From assembly GCA_963727455.1 (NCBI GenBank), contig CAVSGG010000005.1, positions 320,001 to 384,000 of the forward strand: a stretch of DNA of 64,000 bases, in the 5' to 3' direction. Every line of letters starts with the position of its first letter. Position 1 is the stretch's first letter. Positions 20,709 to 29,267 of the stretch are shown here, piece after piece. Below the pieces are notes generated by a model that searched no databases, was not told the origin of the DNA, and saw only the letters and a list, made by a program, of their open reading frames with translations. A program made the position numbers and the translations under genes. Source of the stretch: Candidatus Krumholzibacteriota bacterium. Its GTDB lineage: Bacteria > Krumholzibacteriota > Krumholzibacteriia > JAJRXK01.

Positions 20709-21830
20709 TCAGAGCTCTCTCTGATAAATGCGGTAGATGCGGTAGGGTTCTCCCGCGAACTTCTTCAGAGGAACGATCATCGGTAAATTGTCTTCCAGAA
20801 CCCAGGAGCACTCGGCCCATTCGTAGCCCTTGGCCAGCCCCGCTCGTACCACGGCTTGAATGAGTACCCCGTCCAGACCCCTTCCGCGCATTTCGGGCAC
20901 GATGCCCAGAGTGACGACTCGGATCCCGTCGATCTTGCGCTTGTACCACAGAATCTTTAGCAGGCCGAACGGAAAGAGGCGGCCGTTGGCCTCCTTCAGG
21001 GCCACATTCAAATCGGGCAGCCCGAGGATGAAGCCGTGAGCTTCCCCGCTCTGGGCATCCTCCAAGAAAAAGACCACGTCGGGATCGATGCCGTAGCGCA
21101 GTTCGGAAGCGAAGTGGCGCACTTCGCCTTCGGTCATGGGAACGAATCCCCAGTTCTTTTCCCAGCAGCGGTTGTAGAGCGCGAGGATGCGGTCGACTTC
21201 ATTGGAGAAGTCTTTCATGTTGAGTTTGCGCAAACGGACTCCGTGTCGCTGCATGAGCTTGTCCGCCAACGCGAGGAGCCTGTCGAGCTCATTGCTCTTG
21301 CGCACCTTGAAGGCTAAGAGGTCCTTCGCCTTGCGGAGGCCGGCCGCTTCGTAACGCGCGGGATACCAGGCTGGATTGTAGCTCATCATGACGACCGGCG
21401 GACCGGGCTCTCCCTCCACCAAGAGCCCACAACTCTCGTTGGTGGAGAGTTCGAACGGTCCCATGGCGTGCGTGCGTCCCCTCTCCTTCAGCCAGGAAAA
21501 CGCCTCCGCGAAGAGCGCATTCGAGGCCTCGTCATCTTCGCGCAGTGCGTCGTGAAATCCGAAGAACCCCGCTTTGTCTCCGTGGAACTCGTTGTGAGCC
21601 CGATTGACGTGCGCCACCACTCGGCCCACCACCTCGCCGTTGCGCAGGGCAAGGAAGGGCTGCACCTCGGCGTGCTCATGGAAGGGATGCTGCCCAGGGG
21701 TGAGCAGCTTGCTCACATCTGCCTTGAGAGGAGGCACCCAGTTGGGGTCGCCCTGATAGATCTTCCATGGAAAGTCGATGAAACGCTTCAGATCGGCGCG
21801 ACCTTGCACCGGATGGATACTCAGGCTCAT
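20709..21830 (-). CDS. GNAT N-acyltransferase, bacterial ceramide synthase family (bCerS/YghO-like)
   Basis: FIDFPWKIY.GDPNWVPPL, VVGRV, GFFGF, GLLVEG, MMSYNP.WY, WEKNWGFVPMT, LPDLN, GIVPEMRGRG, ECSWVLEDN; directly downstream of spt. Confidence 0.8.
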   Translation of the reverse strand: MSLSIHPVQGRADLKRFIDFPWKIYQGDPNWVPPLKADVSKLLTPGQHPFHEHAEVQPFLALRNGEVVGRVVAHVNRAHNEFHGDKAGFFGFHDALREDDEASNALFAEAFSWLKERGRTHAMGPFELSTNESCGLLVEGEPGPPVVMMSYNPAWYPARYEAAGLRKAKDLLAFKVRKSNELDRLLALADKLMQRHGVRLRKLNMKDFSNEVDRILALYNRCWEKNWGFVPMTEGEVRHFASELRYGIDPDVVFFLEDAQSGEAHGFILGLPDLNVALKEANGRLFPFGLLKILWYKRKIDGIRVVTLGIVPEMRGRGLDGVLIQAVVRAGLAKGYEWAECSWVLEDNLPMIVPLKKFAGEPYRIYRIYQREL

Positions 21831-21851
21831 GAACGCTCTCCCTGCTGAAAC

Positions 21852-23081
21852 TCAGATGAGTCCCAGTTCCTTTCCGACCCGGCGGAAGATCTCGAGAGCG
21901 CGGTGAAGCTGATCGTCGGTGTGCGTTGCGATGTACGAGGTCCGCAGCAGCGCCTTGCCTTCGGGTACCGCGGGGGACACCACCGGGTTCGTGAAAACTC
22001 CACCGTCCAAAAGCGCCCTCCACAATTGGAAGGCCATCTGTGATTCACCGATGACGATGGGTATGATCGGTGTCTCGGTGCTTCCCACGTCCCAACCCAT
22101 TCCGGCCAACTCGTTCTTCATAAGATTCTGGATCTCCCACAGCCGAACGCGCCGCTCGGGCTCGGTCCGGATGATCTCCAGGCTCTTCAAAACGGTGGCT
22201 ACCGCATAGGGGGGCATGGCGGCTGAGAAGATCATGGGTCGCGCGTTGTGGCGCAGGAAATCGATGACCGAGCTGTCTCCGGCCATGAATCCGCCGATCG
22301 AGGCGAAGGACTTGGAGAAGGTTCCCATGATGAGATCCGTTTCCCCGGCCAGTCCGAAGTGGTCGGTGACCCCGGCTCCTTTGGGACCGACGACTCCCAG
22401 CGAATGGGCTTCGTCGACCAGGACGCGCGCCCCGGCGGCATGCGCCAGATTGAGAACATCGGGTAAGGGTGTCAGGTCACCGTCCATCGAGAAGACCCCG
22501 TCGACCGCGATGAGCACGCCGCGGGTGGTGGGGATCCTCTCGAGTTGGTCCGCCAGATCGCGCATGTCGTTATGGCGAAAACGCGCGACCTGTCCGGGGG
22601 ACATGATGGCGCCGTCGACGATGCACGCGTGATCCAGCTTGTCGATGAGGGCAGTGTCGTCCCGACCCACCAGAGCCGCTATGCAGCCCAAGTTGGTTTG
22701 GTATCCGGTGGAGAAGACGAGGGTCTCCTCCTTGCCCACGAAATCCGCCAGCTCGGCTTCCAGTTTCAAGTGCAAGTCGAGGGTGCCATTCAAGAAGCGG
22801 CTTCCCGTGCAGCCTGCCCCGTAGGAGCGGGAAGCGGCCTCACCCGCCTCGAGCACGCGGGGATCATGGGTGAGCCCCAGGTAATTGTTCGAGCCCAGCA
22901 TGACCACCGGCTTGCCAGCGATCGTAACCTCGGTCCCTTCGCTTCCCTCGATCGGGATGAAATAGGGATACAGCCCAGTGGCGCGAGTTTCGCGGGCTCG
23001 GGTGTAGGAGGCGGCCTTCTGAAAGACATCCTCGCGCTCTTGGGTATTGGTTTTCCGACTGGTCTGTGGATTTGGATTCAT
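21852..23081 (-). CDS. spt: serine palmitoyltransferase (alpha-oxoamine synthase)
   Basis: LYPYF, GSNNYLGLT, GSRFLNGT..LH, DHACIVDG, DEAHS; PLP-lysine motif GTFSKS (SPT-type, not the GTLGKA/GTLSKA of KBL/BioF). Confidence 0.85.
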   Translation of the reverse strand: MNPNPQTSRKTNTQEREDVFQKAASYTRARETRATGLYPYFIPIEGSEGTEVTIAGKPVVMLGSNNYLGLTHDPRVLEAGEAASRSYGAGCTGSRFLNGTLDLHLKLEAELADFVGKEETLVFSTGYQTNLGCIAALVGRDDTALIDKLDHACIVDGAIMSPGQVARFRHNDMRDLADQLERIPTTRGVLIAVDGVFSMDGDLTPLPDVLNLAHAAGARVLVDEAHSLGVVGPKGAGVTDHFGLAGETDLIMGTFSKSFASIGGFMAGDSSVIDFLRHNARPMIFSAAMPPYAVATVLKSLEIIRTEPERRVRLWEIQNLMKNELAGMGWDVGSTETPIIPIVIGESQMAFQLWRALLDGGVFTNPVVSPAVPEGKALLRTSYIATHTDDQLHRALEIFRRVGKELGLI

Positions 23082-23654
23082 CGATTTTCAGACATCCAGG
23101 AGAAAGAGATCCTCGGTGTCGCCGCCGGATGCCGAACCGGCTTCCTTGGTGTGCGGCGCGCGCGGGGCAAAAAACAATAGCGCTAAGATGGCACTCAGCA
23201 ACAGTCCAGCAAGAAGGACGGGAAACGACCTGAACTTCGCAGCCGCCCGCGGATTCTCGCCAAGATAAGTCCATGCATGCGCTTCCCGCGGATTCAACAC
23301 GATTTTGCCCGGCAATGCCAAGAAAGAACTGCCCGAATCCGGTCCCAGCAGCCCCCCATCCGGCGCGCTTTGGGCGAGAAATTGCCCCCTTCCACGGCAG
23401 AAAGTGGGTGGATTTGGGCCCCTGGACCGCTCCGCAAGCCCCAAACCCTGTGCTCCGGTGCAGGCTCGATCCGTGGAAATTTTCTTCAATCCAGCGCACT
23501 CGGCCCTCCTTGCGGAGCGAAGGCAAAGAACTCCCTCCCCGCGAGCGCTCAGGCCAAACCCCAACTCCCGGGAGAACCCGAGCGTTGCCATCCGGGCCTG
23601 GTCGAGGCATTCTGCGAGCTGTCTCTCGCGGAGGCGCCGGGAGCGCTTTGGAAT

Positions 23655-24770
23655 ATGCGAATCCTCGAGCTGGGAAAATTCTACCCCCCGGTGCGTGGCG
23701 GGATGGAGAGCACCCTCGAGCAGATCTGCCTCGGGTTGCGCCGGCGTGGGCACCGGGTCCTGGCCCTGGTGTCCGCCGACGAGCGGCGAGCGAGCGCGAG
23801 CTACCGCAAGGGAGTGGCGGTTTGGCGTCTGGGACGCTGCGGACAGATCGCCAGCAGCCCGGTGAACCCTGGCTTGGCGCGCGCGCTGCGGCGTGCTCGC
23901 TCGCAATTTCGCCCGGAACTTGTGCACCTCCATCTGCCCAACCCTGCGGTGGCGGTGGGCTGGCTGCTCTTCGGCGACCCCGAGCTGCCTCTGGTCGTCA
24001 GTTACCACAGTGACATCATTCGGCAGCGCCGTCTGGCCTCGCTACTGGAGCCTTTGCGCCAACGGGTTCTCACCCGCGCGAGGAGAATCGTGGTGAGCAG
24101 CGAAGATCTGAAGCGCTCGAGCAGAAGCCTGGCGGCACATCGGGAGCGCTGTATCGTCATCCCATGGGGCATTGACGTGGAGACGATTCTCCCCGGTGGG
24201 GCCCCGAGTCGGGAGAGTCTCCCCTTTCCTCGCTATTTTCTCTTCGTCGGCCGAATGGTGTATTACAAAGGTTTGGACGTCTTGTTGGCCGCTCTGAAGG
24301 GTGAGAACATGTCCCTGGTCGTGGTCGGAGAAGGACCTCTGCGGGCGCGCTGGGAAAAACAAACGCGCAGATACGAGCTCGGCGATCGTGTGTACTTCGC
24401 GGGCGACGTCTCCCCCCAAGCGCTGGACAAGCTCTATCGCGGTTGCGTAGCCCAAGTCTTGCCCAGTACCGCGCCGAGTGAGACTTTCGGATTGGTGCAA
24501 CTGGAAGCCATGGCGCGTGGCCGGCCCGTCGTGGCGGCAAGGGCGTCGGGTGGTGTGGCCTCCGTGCAGGAGGATGGAATCACCGGACTGCTAGTACCCC
24601 CGGCTGAGGTCGATTCCCTGCGGAGTGCACTCAAGACCCTGTGGGACGATCCGCGCCGTGCCGAGAGCATGGGACAGGCGGCGCGCAAAAGGGTGGTCGC
24701 GCATTTCGACCAGGGGCAGCGGATGAGGCAGCTGGCCAGAGTTCTCGAGGGGCTCGTCGCGAATGAGTGA
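23655..24770 (+). CDS. glycosyltransferase family 4
   Basis: MRILELGKFYPP..GGME, HLHLPNP, YHSDI, FVGRMVYYKG, ETFGLVQLEAMA.G.PV; start reassigned to ATG at 23655. Confidence 0.9.
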   Translation: MRILELGKFYPPVRGGMESTLEQICLGLRRRGHRVLALVSADERRASASYRKGVAVWRLGRCGQIASSPVNPGLARALRRARSQFRPELVHLHLPNPAVAVGWLLFGDPELPLVVSYHSDIIRQRRLASLLEPLRQRVLTRARRIVVSSEDLKRSSRSLAAHRERCIVIPWGIDVETILPGGAPSRESLPFPRYFLFVGRMVYYKGLDVLLAALKGENMSLVVVGEGPLRARWEKQTRRYELGDRVYFAGDVSPQALDKLYRGCVAQVLPSTAPSETFGLVQLEAMARGRPVVAARASGGVASVQEDGITGLLVPPAEVDSLRSALKTLWDDPRRAESMGQAARKRVVAHFDQGQRMRQLARVLEGLVANE

Positions 24771-25602
24771 ACAGGATCAGGTGCGCTTTCTCACCCCCTG
24801 GACCCTTCTCTTGCCCGAGGGAAGGGGCAGCGTTCTCGCTGTGGTCGGCAGCGGGGGCAAGAGCGCACTTCTGCAGCGTCTCTACCGGCACTATCGAGCC
24901 GAGGGTTACCGCGTCTTGTGGACCCAGACGGTGGATCATCCTCCTCCTCCGCAGATACCTGCCTACAGCATCGCGACGTCCTTCGAGCTGCTACAACGCG
25001 AATTTCAGCATCACGCCGCGCTGTTCGTGGCTGGAGAGCGTGAGGAGGAGGGCAGGGCCAGCGGCCTGTCCGCGCGTGAGATCGAAGTGCTGCGCCACCG
25101 GCTCGTGCCGGATGTCGTTCTCGTCGAAGCCCAAGCGCAGAGTGGCAGGCCTCTCCTGGAGCAAGGGGCAGCGCCCATCTGGCCGCAACCGCTCCACCTG
25201 ATCTTCGCGCTCGCCGGTTTGCACGCGGTGGGAAGATTGAAGAGCTCTCCAGAAAAAGTTTCTGCCGGAGAAGACCCACCGCGTTTCACCAGCGAGGATG
25301 TACTCCATCAGTTCACTGCCGCCGGAGGGCTTCTCGAGCAGATTCCCCACGGGGTCCCCTCTTTTCCCTTCCTTGCCGGACTGGGGAGCTTTCGCGATCT
25401 CGACGGCATGTTTGAGCTGGTGGCGAAACTGTGGGAAATTCCTGGAGTCAAAGCGGTGCTTCTCGGGGAACTCACCGGACATGCGCGTATCGACGCCGCC
25501 GAAGAAGCTGCGGCTGCCCAGCTCGGAGGAGGAGCACCTCATCTTGCCGGTGAACGGATCTACGCGCTCTATCCCTCACACTTGGACGACGCGGAAGGGT
25601 AG
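24763..25602 (+). CDS. YqeC-like (selenium-dependent Mo-hydroxylase accessory) P-loop protein, divergent
   Basis: AVVGSGGKS, DVVLVEAQAQSGRPL (compare canonical EADG...PLK), GLHAVG; overlaps the GT4 stop. Confidence 0.55.
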   Translation: MSEQDQVRFLTPWTLLLPEGRGSVLAVVGSGGKSALLQRLYRHYRAEGYRVLWTQTVDHPPPPQIPAYSIATSFELLQREFQHHAALFVAGEREEEGRASGLSAREIEVLRHRLVPDVVLVEAQAQSGRPLLEQGAAPIWPQPLHLIFALAGLHAVGRLKSSPEKVSAGEDPPRFTSEDVLHQFTAAGGLLEQIPHGVPSFPFLAGLGSFRDLDGMFELVAKLWEIPGVKAVLLGELTGHARIDAAEEAAAAQLGGGAPHLAGERIYALYPSHLDDAEG

Positions 25603-25606
25603 GCGG

Positions 25607-25635
25607 TTGTCCCCTCGTCTCCTGGACTCTATACT
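25607..25635 (+). promoter_or_regulatory. sigma70-type promoter
   Basis: TTGTCC-N17-TATACT upstream of the exonuclease gene. Confidence 0.6.
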
Positions 25636-25729
25636 GACGCGCATCGAGGCCAAGCCGAGCGACCATCTCGCGCATGCCATCTTCAAAATCGCCCCCCTTA
25701 TGAAGGAACTCTCCGAGAAGGAGCTTTGC

Positions 25730-26581
25730 GTGTCACACATCGAAATCAACGATCCGCTGCGAGATCTCGATTTCGTCGCATTCGATACGGAAACCACCGG
25801 TCTCTCCGCGGCGATGGAGCGCGTGGTGGAACTTTCCGCGGTGCGGTTTCGATTCAACGGTGAGGAGCTCGGAACCTTCGACGAGTTGATCGATCCCAAG
25901 CGTTCGATTCCCGAGGATGCGGCGCGGATTCACGGGATCAGTGACGCCATGGTGAAGGGCAAGCCGCTCATAAACGAAGTGCTGCCCCGCTTCCTCGAGT
26001 TTTGCGAGGGCGCGGTCCTCTTGGCGCACAACGCGGAGTTCGATCTCGGTTTCTTGGTGCACGAAGCTTCCCGTTCTGCAATCACTCTGCCGACGCCGCC
26101 GGTGCTGGACACGGTGGAGATTTCGCGTCGCCTGCGACCCGATCTGCCCAATCACAAACTGGAGACGATCGCGCGCGCCCTGGGTTGTGAGCCGACCACC
26201 TACCATCGAGCGCTGGCTGACGCGGAAACTCTCAAATCGAGTTTTCTCAAATTGCTCGAGGAAAAGCACCAGCAGAGCAAGCTCGGAGAACTTCTCAAGG
26301 ACACCGGGAGTGCGTTGACCTACGGCTGGCCAGATCGTACGCGGGCGTGGCTGCCCCCTCGACTGCGCGCCATCGACGATGCCATGATCGCCGGGAGTAA
26401 AGTCACCATCGTCTACCAGCCGGAGGGCCAGCGGGAGGAGGCGCGAGAGATCGTGCCAAGGGCGTATTTGCGGCGCCCGGGAGTCACTTTGCTGCTCGGT
26501 CGTCTGGATGGGGGAGTGGAGCGGAATTACCGCCTCGCGTGGATCACGCGCGCGCACATGGCGCAGGCCACCCTATTCTGA
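25730..26581 (+). CDS. DEDDh 3'-5' exonuclease (DnaQ-like) fused to a C-terminal WYL-like domain
   Basis: ExoI FDTETTG, ExoII HNAEFD, ExoIII HRALADA; C-terminus AIDDAM...VTIVY...REIVP...ERNYRLAWI; AAGGAG precedes GTG at 25730 (alternative ATG at 25700). Confidence 0.8.
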   Translation: MSHIEINDPLRDLDFVAFDTETTGLSAAMERVVELSAVRFRFNGEELGTFDELIDPKRSIPEDAARIHGISDAMVKGKPLINEVLPRFLEFCEGAVLLAHNAEFDLGFLVHEASRSAITLPTPPVLDTVEISRRLRPDLPNHKLETIARALGCEPTTYHRALADAETLKSSFLKLLEEKHQQSKLGELLKDTGSALTYGWPDRTRAWLPPRLRAIDDAMIAGSKVTIVYQPEGQREEAREIVPRAYLRRPGVTLLLGRLDGGVERNYRLAWITRAHMAQATLF

Positions 26582-26670
26582 GAGATCCAACTACGCTCGC
26601 GGGCGCCCGATGGGAACCGCCGGCGCTGGGCGCAATATAAAGCACAGACCGGTGGCAGGAGCCTCCAAGA

Positions 26671-26700
26671 TTGACAGGTGGGTGATCTCACTCTTATCTT
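26671..26700 (+). promoter_or_regulatory. sigma70-type promoter
   Basis: TTGACA-N18-TATCTT upstream of the TPR gene. Confidence 0.6.
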
Positions 26701-26775
26701 GCCGCGATTCAAAGCTCACGAGAAACGGTCAATTTGGCTCGAAATTCCACCTTTTGTTCTGGAGGTTCGTGAACC

Positions 26776-27915
26776 GTGAAGTCTCTCGCAATCAGCGTCC
26801 GGGCCGGCGTTTTCTTCTTTCTGCTCATGCTCATGAGTGCCGGACCCGTTCTCGCCGAATGCTCTCCGAGTGAGATGGCAGCCGCTCGGCAGTCCTACGA
26901 TACCGCCTATGCTTTCGTGCAACAGGGCAAGTGGAATACGGCCATCAAGAGTCTGGAGAAAGCTCAGGAACAGTGTCCGCAGCACTGGCAGAGCAAGGAA
27001 CTCCTGGCACAGGCTTATCTTCGGACCAAGGACTACGAAAAGTCCGTGGCCGAATACAAGGACCTCATCCAAGGTCGCTACCACGGGAGCGTGGACAGTA
27101 CGGAGACTCGAGTGCTTTCCGGATACGGATTCGCGCTCTTGAAGGCCCACAACGCCAAGGATGCCGAGGCCGTCTATCTCGCCATCGTCAAGAAGAGCCC
27201 TGAGAAGGAAGATCCACTCAAGCGATTGGTCTACGTGTACGAGGCCACCAAACGCTACGACAAGGCCATCGAGTACGAGAAGAAGCTCTATACGATGAAC
27301 CCCGACGAGCACGAGTACACCAAGAAGATTGGTGATCTCTACCTCAAGAAGGGTGACGAGGCGAAAGCGCAGGAGTGGTATTCCAAAGCCGCCGCCGAGG
27401 GGATCGCAACGCGCGGCTCCTACGACATCGGCGTCGACCACATGAAGGCCGGGCGTTTCGCCCAGGCCGCGAAGGCCTTCGAGGATTACGTGGCGGGAAA
27501 GCCCAAGAGCGCGTCAGGCTTCCAAAACTTGGGCTACTGCTACACCAAGCTGGGGAAGAATGAAAAGGCGATCCAGGCCTACCAGACGGCCCTGTCCATC
27601 GAAGGAGATCGACACAGCGTCGCTTCGAGTCTCGGATTTCTCTACCTGGACAACAAGCAGATCGACGAGGCCGAGAAGATCGCCAAGAACGCCATCGATA
27701 GTTGGCCTTCAGACGATCCCAAGAAGCCCGGCATGTACTACTTGATGGGACAGATCCTGGAGAAGAAAGGCGAGTACCGCTCGGCCATCGACAGTTTCAG
27801 CCAGGTTCTCGATGATCCCCAGTGGGGCGATCGAGCTGCCAAGCAAGTGGAACGTCAACGCCAGCTCATCGCGCGCCAGAAGGCGCTGGAAGAGCAGAAG
27901 AAACAGCGCGGCTGA
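26776..27915 (+). CDS. exported tetratricopeptide repeat protein
   Basis: Signal peptide ending VLA; multiple TPRs (e.g. NLGYCYTKLGKNEKAIQAYQTAL); GGAGG RBS. Confidence 0.9.
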   Translation: MKSLAISVRAGVFFFLLMLMSAGPVLAECSPSEMAAARQSYDTAYAFVQQGKWNTAIKSLEKAQEQCPQHWQSKELLAQAYLRTKDYEKSVAEYKDLIQGRYHGSVDSTETRVLSGYGFALLKAHNAKDAEAVYLAIVKKSPEKEDPLKRLVYVYEATKRYDKAIEYEKKLYTMNPDEHEYTKKIGDLYLKKGDEAKAQEWYSKAAAEGIATRGSYDIGVDHMKAGRFAQAAKAFEDYVAGKPKSASGFQNLGYCYTKLGKNEKAIQAYQTALSIEGDRHSVASSLGFLYLDNKQIDEAEKIAKNAIDSWPSDDPKKPGMYYLMGQILEKKGEYRSAIDSFSQVLDDPQWGDRAAKQVERQRQLIARQKALEEQKKQRG

Positions 27916-27920
27916 GAAAC

Positions 27921-29063
27921 TCAGCGCTTGTTCCGTCGCTGCGGAGGCGGCGCGATCCAGTCCTTGGTCTTCATGATCTCCACCATGTAGGCCTTGTCCT
28001 CTGGCCGGGGTTGGGTGTCGAGCAGATGCTGCCGGTACTCGTCCTCGGTCAGACGGGCGCCATCCACACTCCAGTATTCTCCCGCGTGATCGCCGATCCG
28101 CCGACAGTAGCGCAGATCGGGGAGCGTGAACTCCTGCCAGTCCTCCGGCTTCACCTTGTTGAGGGTGGCTACGACCTTTTGCACCTCGGCGAGGTACTTG
28201 GAGCGCGCATTTTCATTGAGATGCTCCTTGTCCAGCGCTTCCTCGTCACGAGACTTGCGCTCGTCGTAGCGTCCCTTGATCCCCCACACGTAACCCCACT
28301 GCGCACTTGAACTGTGATCGGTCCCGAAGAGATCGAAGGCGGTGGAGAGCCACTTGTTCAGGTAGCGCTGGATGATGTGCTGCGGCACCACTCCGGCCTG
28401 GACTACGCGCCGCAAGCCCGCGTTCCCCGTGCCCAGATGGAACGCCTCTTCCTTCAGCATGGGACCCATGCTGCGCGCGAGGGGGGAGAAGGAGGAAGTG
28501 GAGAGCATGTTGAGCTGGAACTTGCCATCGCGGTCCACGAAATTCGTGTAGACGAAGAAGTCGAGCCAGTTATCGACATCCTCATTGAAGGAACCCAAGA
28601 GGCGTTCACGATTCCAGGCCCTGCGTTCCAGCAGCTTGACTGCTTCGCGTTTGCCCTGTTCGCCGAAGTGCGAGACCAGAACGTGGCACATCTGCCAGCC
28701 GTGGCGCATCTCCTCGGCGTTGATACGGACCAGACTGTAGAGGTCGTAGTCACTCGGGGCGGTATCGACCAGATTCTTCTGTTGCTCCACGGAGGCGAAT
28801 TCGGTGTCCCCCTGGTAGACGATCAGGGTGAGCAAGGCGTCCCGGATCCGCTGATCGGGGATCTCGATGACGCGCTCCCAGCGGGGACGGCCCGCGAAGT
28901 CTCCGTATTCGATCTCCGACCCGGGCAGTTCCCCGTACTTGGCAGAAAAATCGAACTCGTGCAGGTCCATCAAGGACTCGTCGTATCCGATGTCTTTGCG
29001 CCAGGAGTGGAAGAGATCGATCCATTCGTCGAAGGTGGAGACAGTCTTGGCGTGGAGAACCAT
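27921..29063 (-). CDS. BoxB/PaaA-like ferritin-fold diiron aryl-CoA epoxidase subunit (short form)
   Basis: QGDTEFASVEQQ, APSDYDL, EEMRH, LLGSFN...WLDFF, DRDGKFQL, EEAFH; AAAGGA RBS before ATG at 29063. Confidence 0.8.
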   Translation of the reverse strand: MVLHAKTVSTFDEWIDLFHSWRKDIGYDESLMDLHEFDFSAKYGELPGSEIEYGDFAGRPRWERVIEIPDQRIRDALLTLIVYQGDTEFASVEQQKNLVDTAPSDYDLYSLVRINAEEMRHGWQMCHVLVSHFGEQGKREAVKLLERRAWNRERLLGSFNEDVDNWLDFFVYTNFVDRDGKFQLNMLSTSSFSPLARSMGPMLKEEAFHLGTGNAGLRRVVQAGVVPQHIIQRYLNKWLSTAFDLFGTDHSSSAQWGYVWGIKGRYDERKSRDEEALDKEHLNENARSKYLAEVQKVVATLNKVKPEDWQEFTLPDLRYCRRIGDHAGEYWSVDGARLTEDEYRQHLLDTQPRPEDKAYMVEIMKTKDWIAPPPQRRNKR

Positions 29064-29106
29064 GAATGTGTCCTTTGGGCTGAGGAAGTCGGCAAGGGGG
29101 CAAAAC

Positions 29107-29120
29107 CGAACAAGTGTTCG
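29107..29120. promoter_or_regulatory. palindromic operator matching the LexA/Cheo box CGAAC-RNRY-GTTCG
   Basis: CGAACAAGTGTTCG lies just downstream of the predicted -10 of the BoxB-like gene. Confidence 0.55.
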
Positions 29121-29130
29121 AACTTTTTCC

Positions 29131-29159
29131 AGGATAGCGACGGCCGGCTCCAGCAGCAA
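29131..29159 (-). promoter_or_regulatory. sigma70-type promoter for the BoxB-like gene
   Basis: Minus strand TTGCTG-N17-TATCCT. Confidence 0.5.
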
Positions 29160-29180
29160 GTCCGAGGGGCATGCTGCGAC

Positions 29181-29209
29181 TTGGAAAAGTCCCGTGCGGT
29201 TGTTAGGGT
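29181..29209 (+). promoter_or_regulatory. sigma70-type promoter for the folK-pan operon
   Basis: TTGGAA-N17-TAGGGT with TG extended -10. Confidence 0.45.
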
Positions 29210-29267
29210 ATGGCCCGTGGTGAGCGAAGATGCACCCCCACTGGGGCTCGTGCCCGGAGAGTGATCG

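Noticed and set aside
21852-23081. BioF or Kbl annotation for the AOS enzyme
   Set aside because: The GTFSKS motif and the adjacent bCerS-type GNAT favour SPT; no bio or tdh genes nearby
23277-23654. N-terminal extension of GT4, or a hidden ACP gene next to spt
   Set aside because: GT4 homology starts at MRILELGK; no acidic DSL-motif small ORF found
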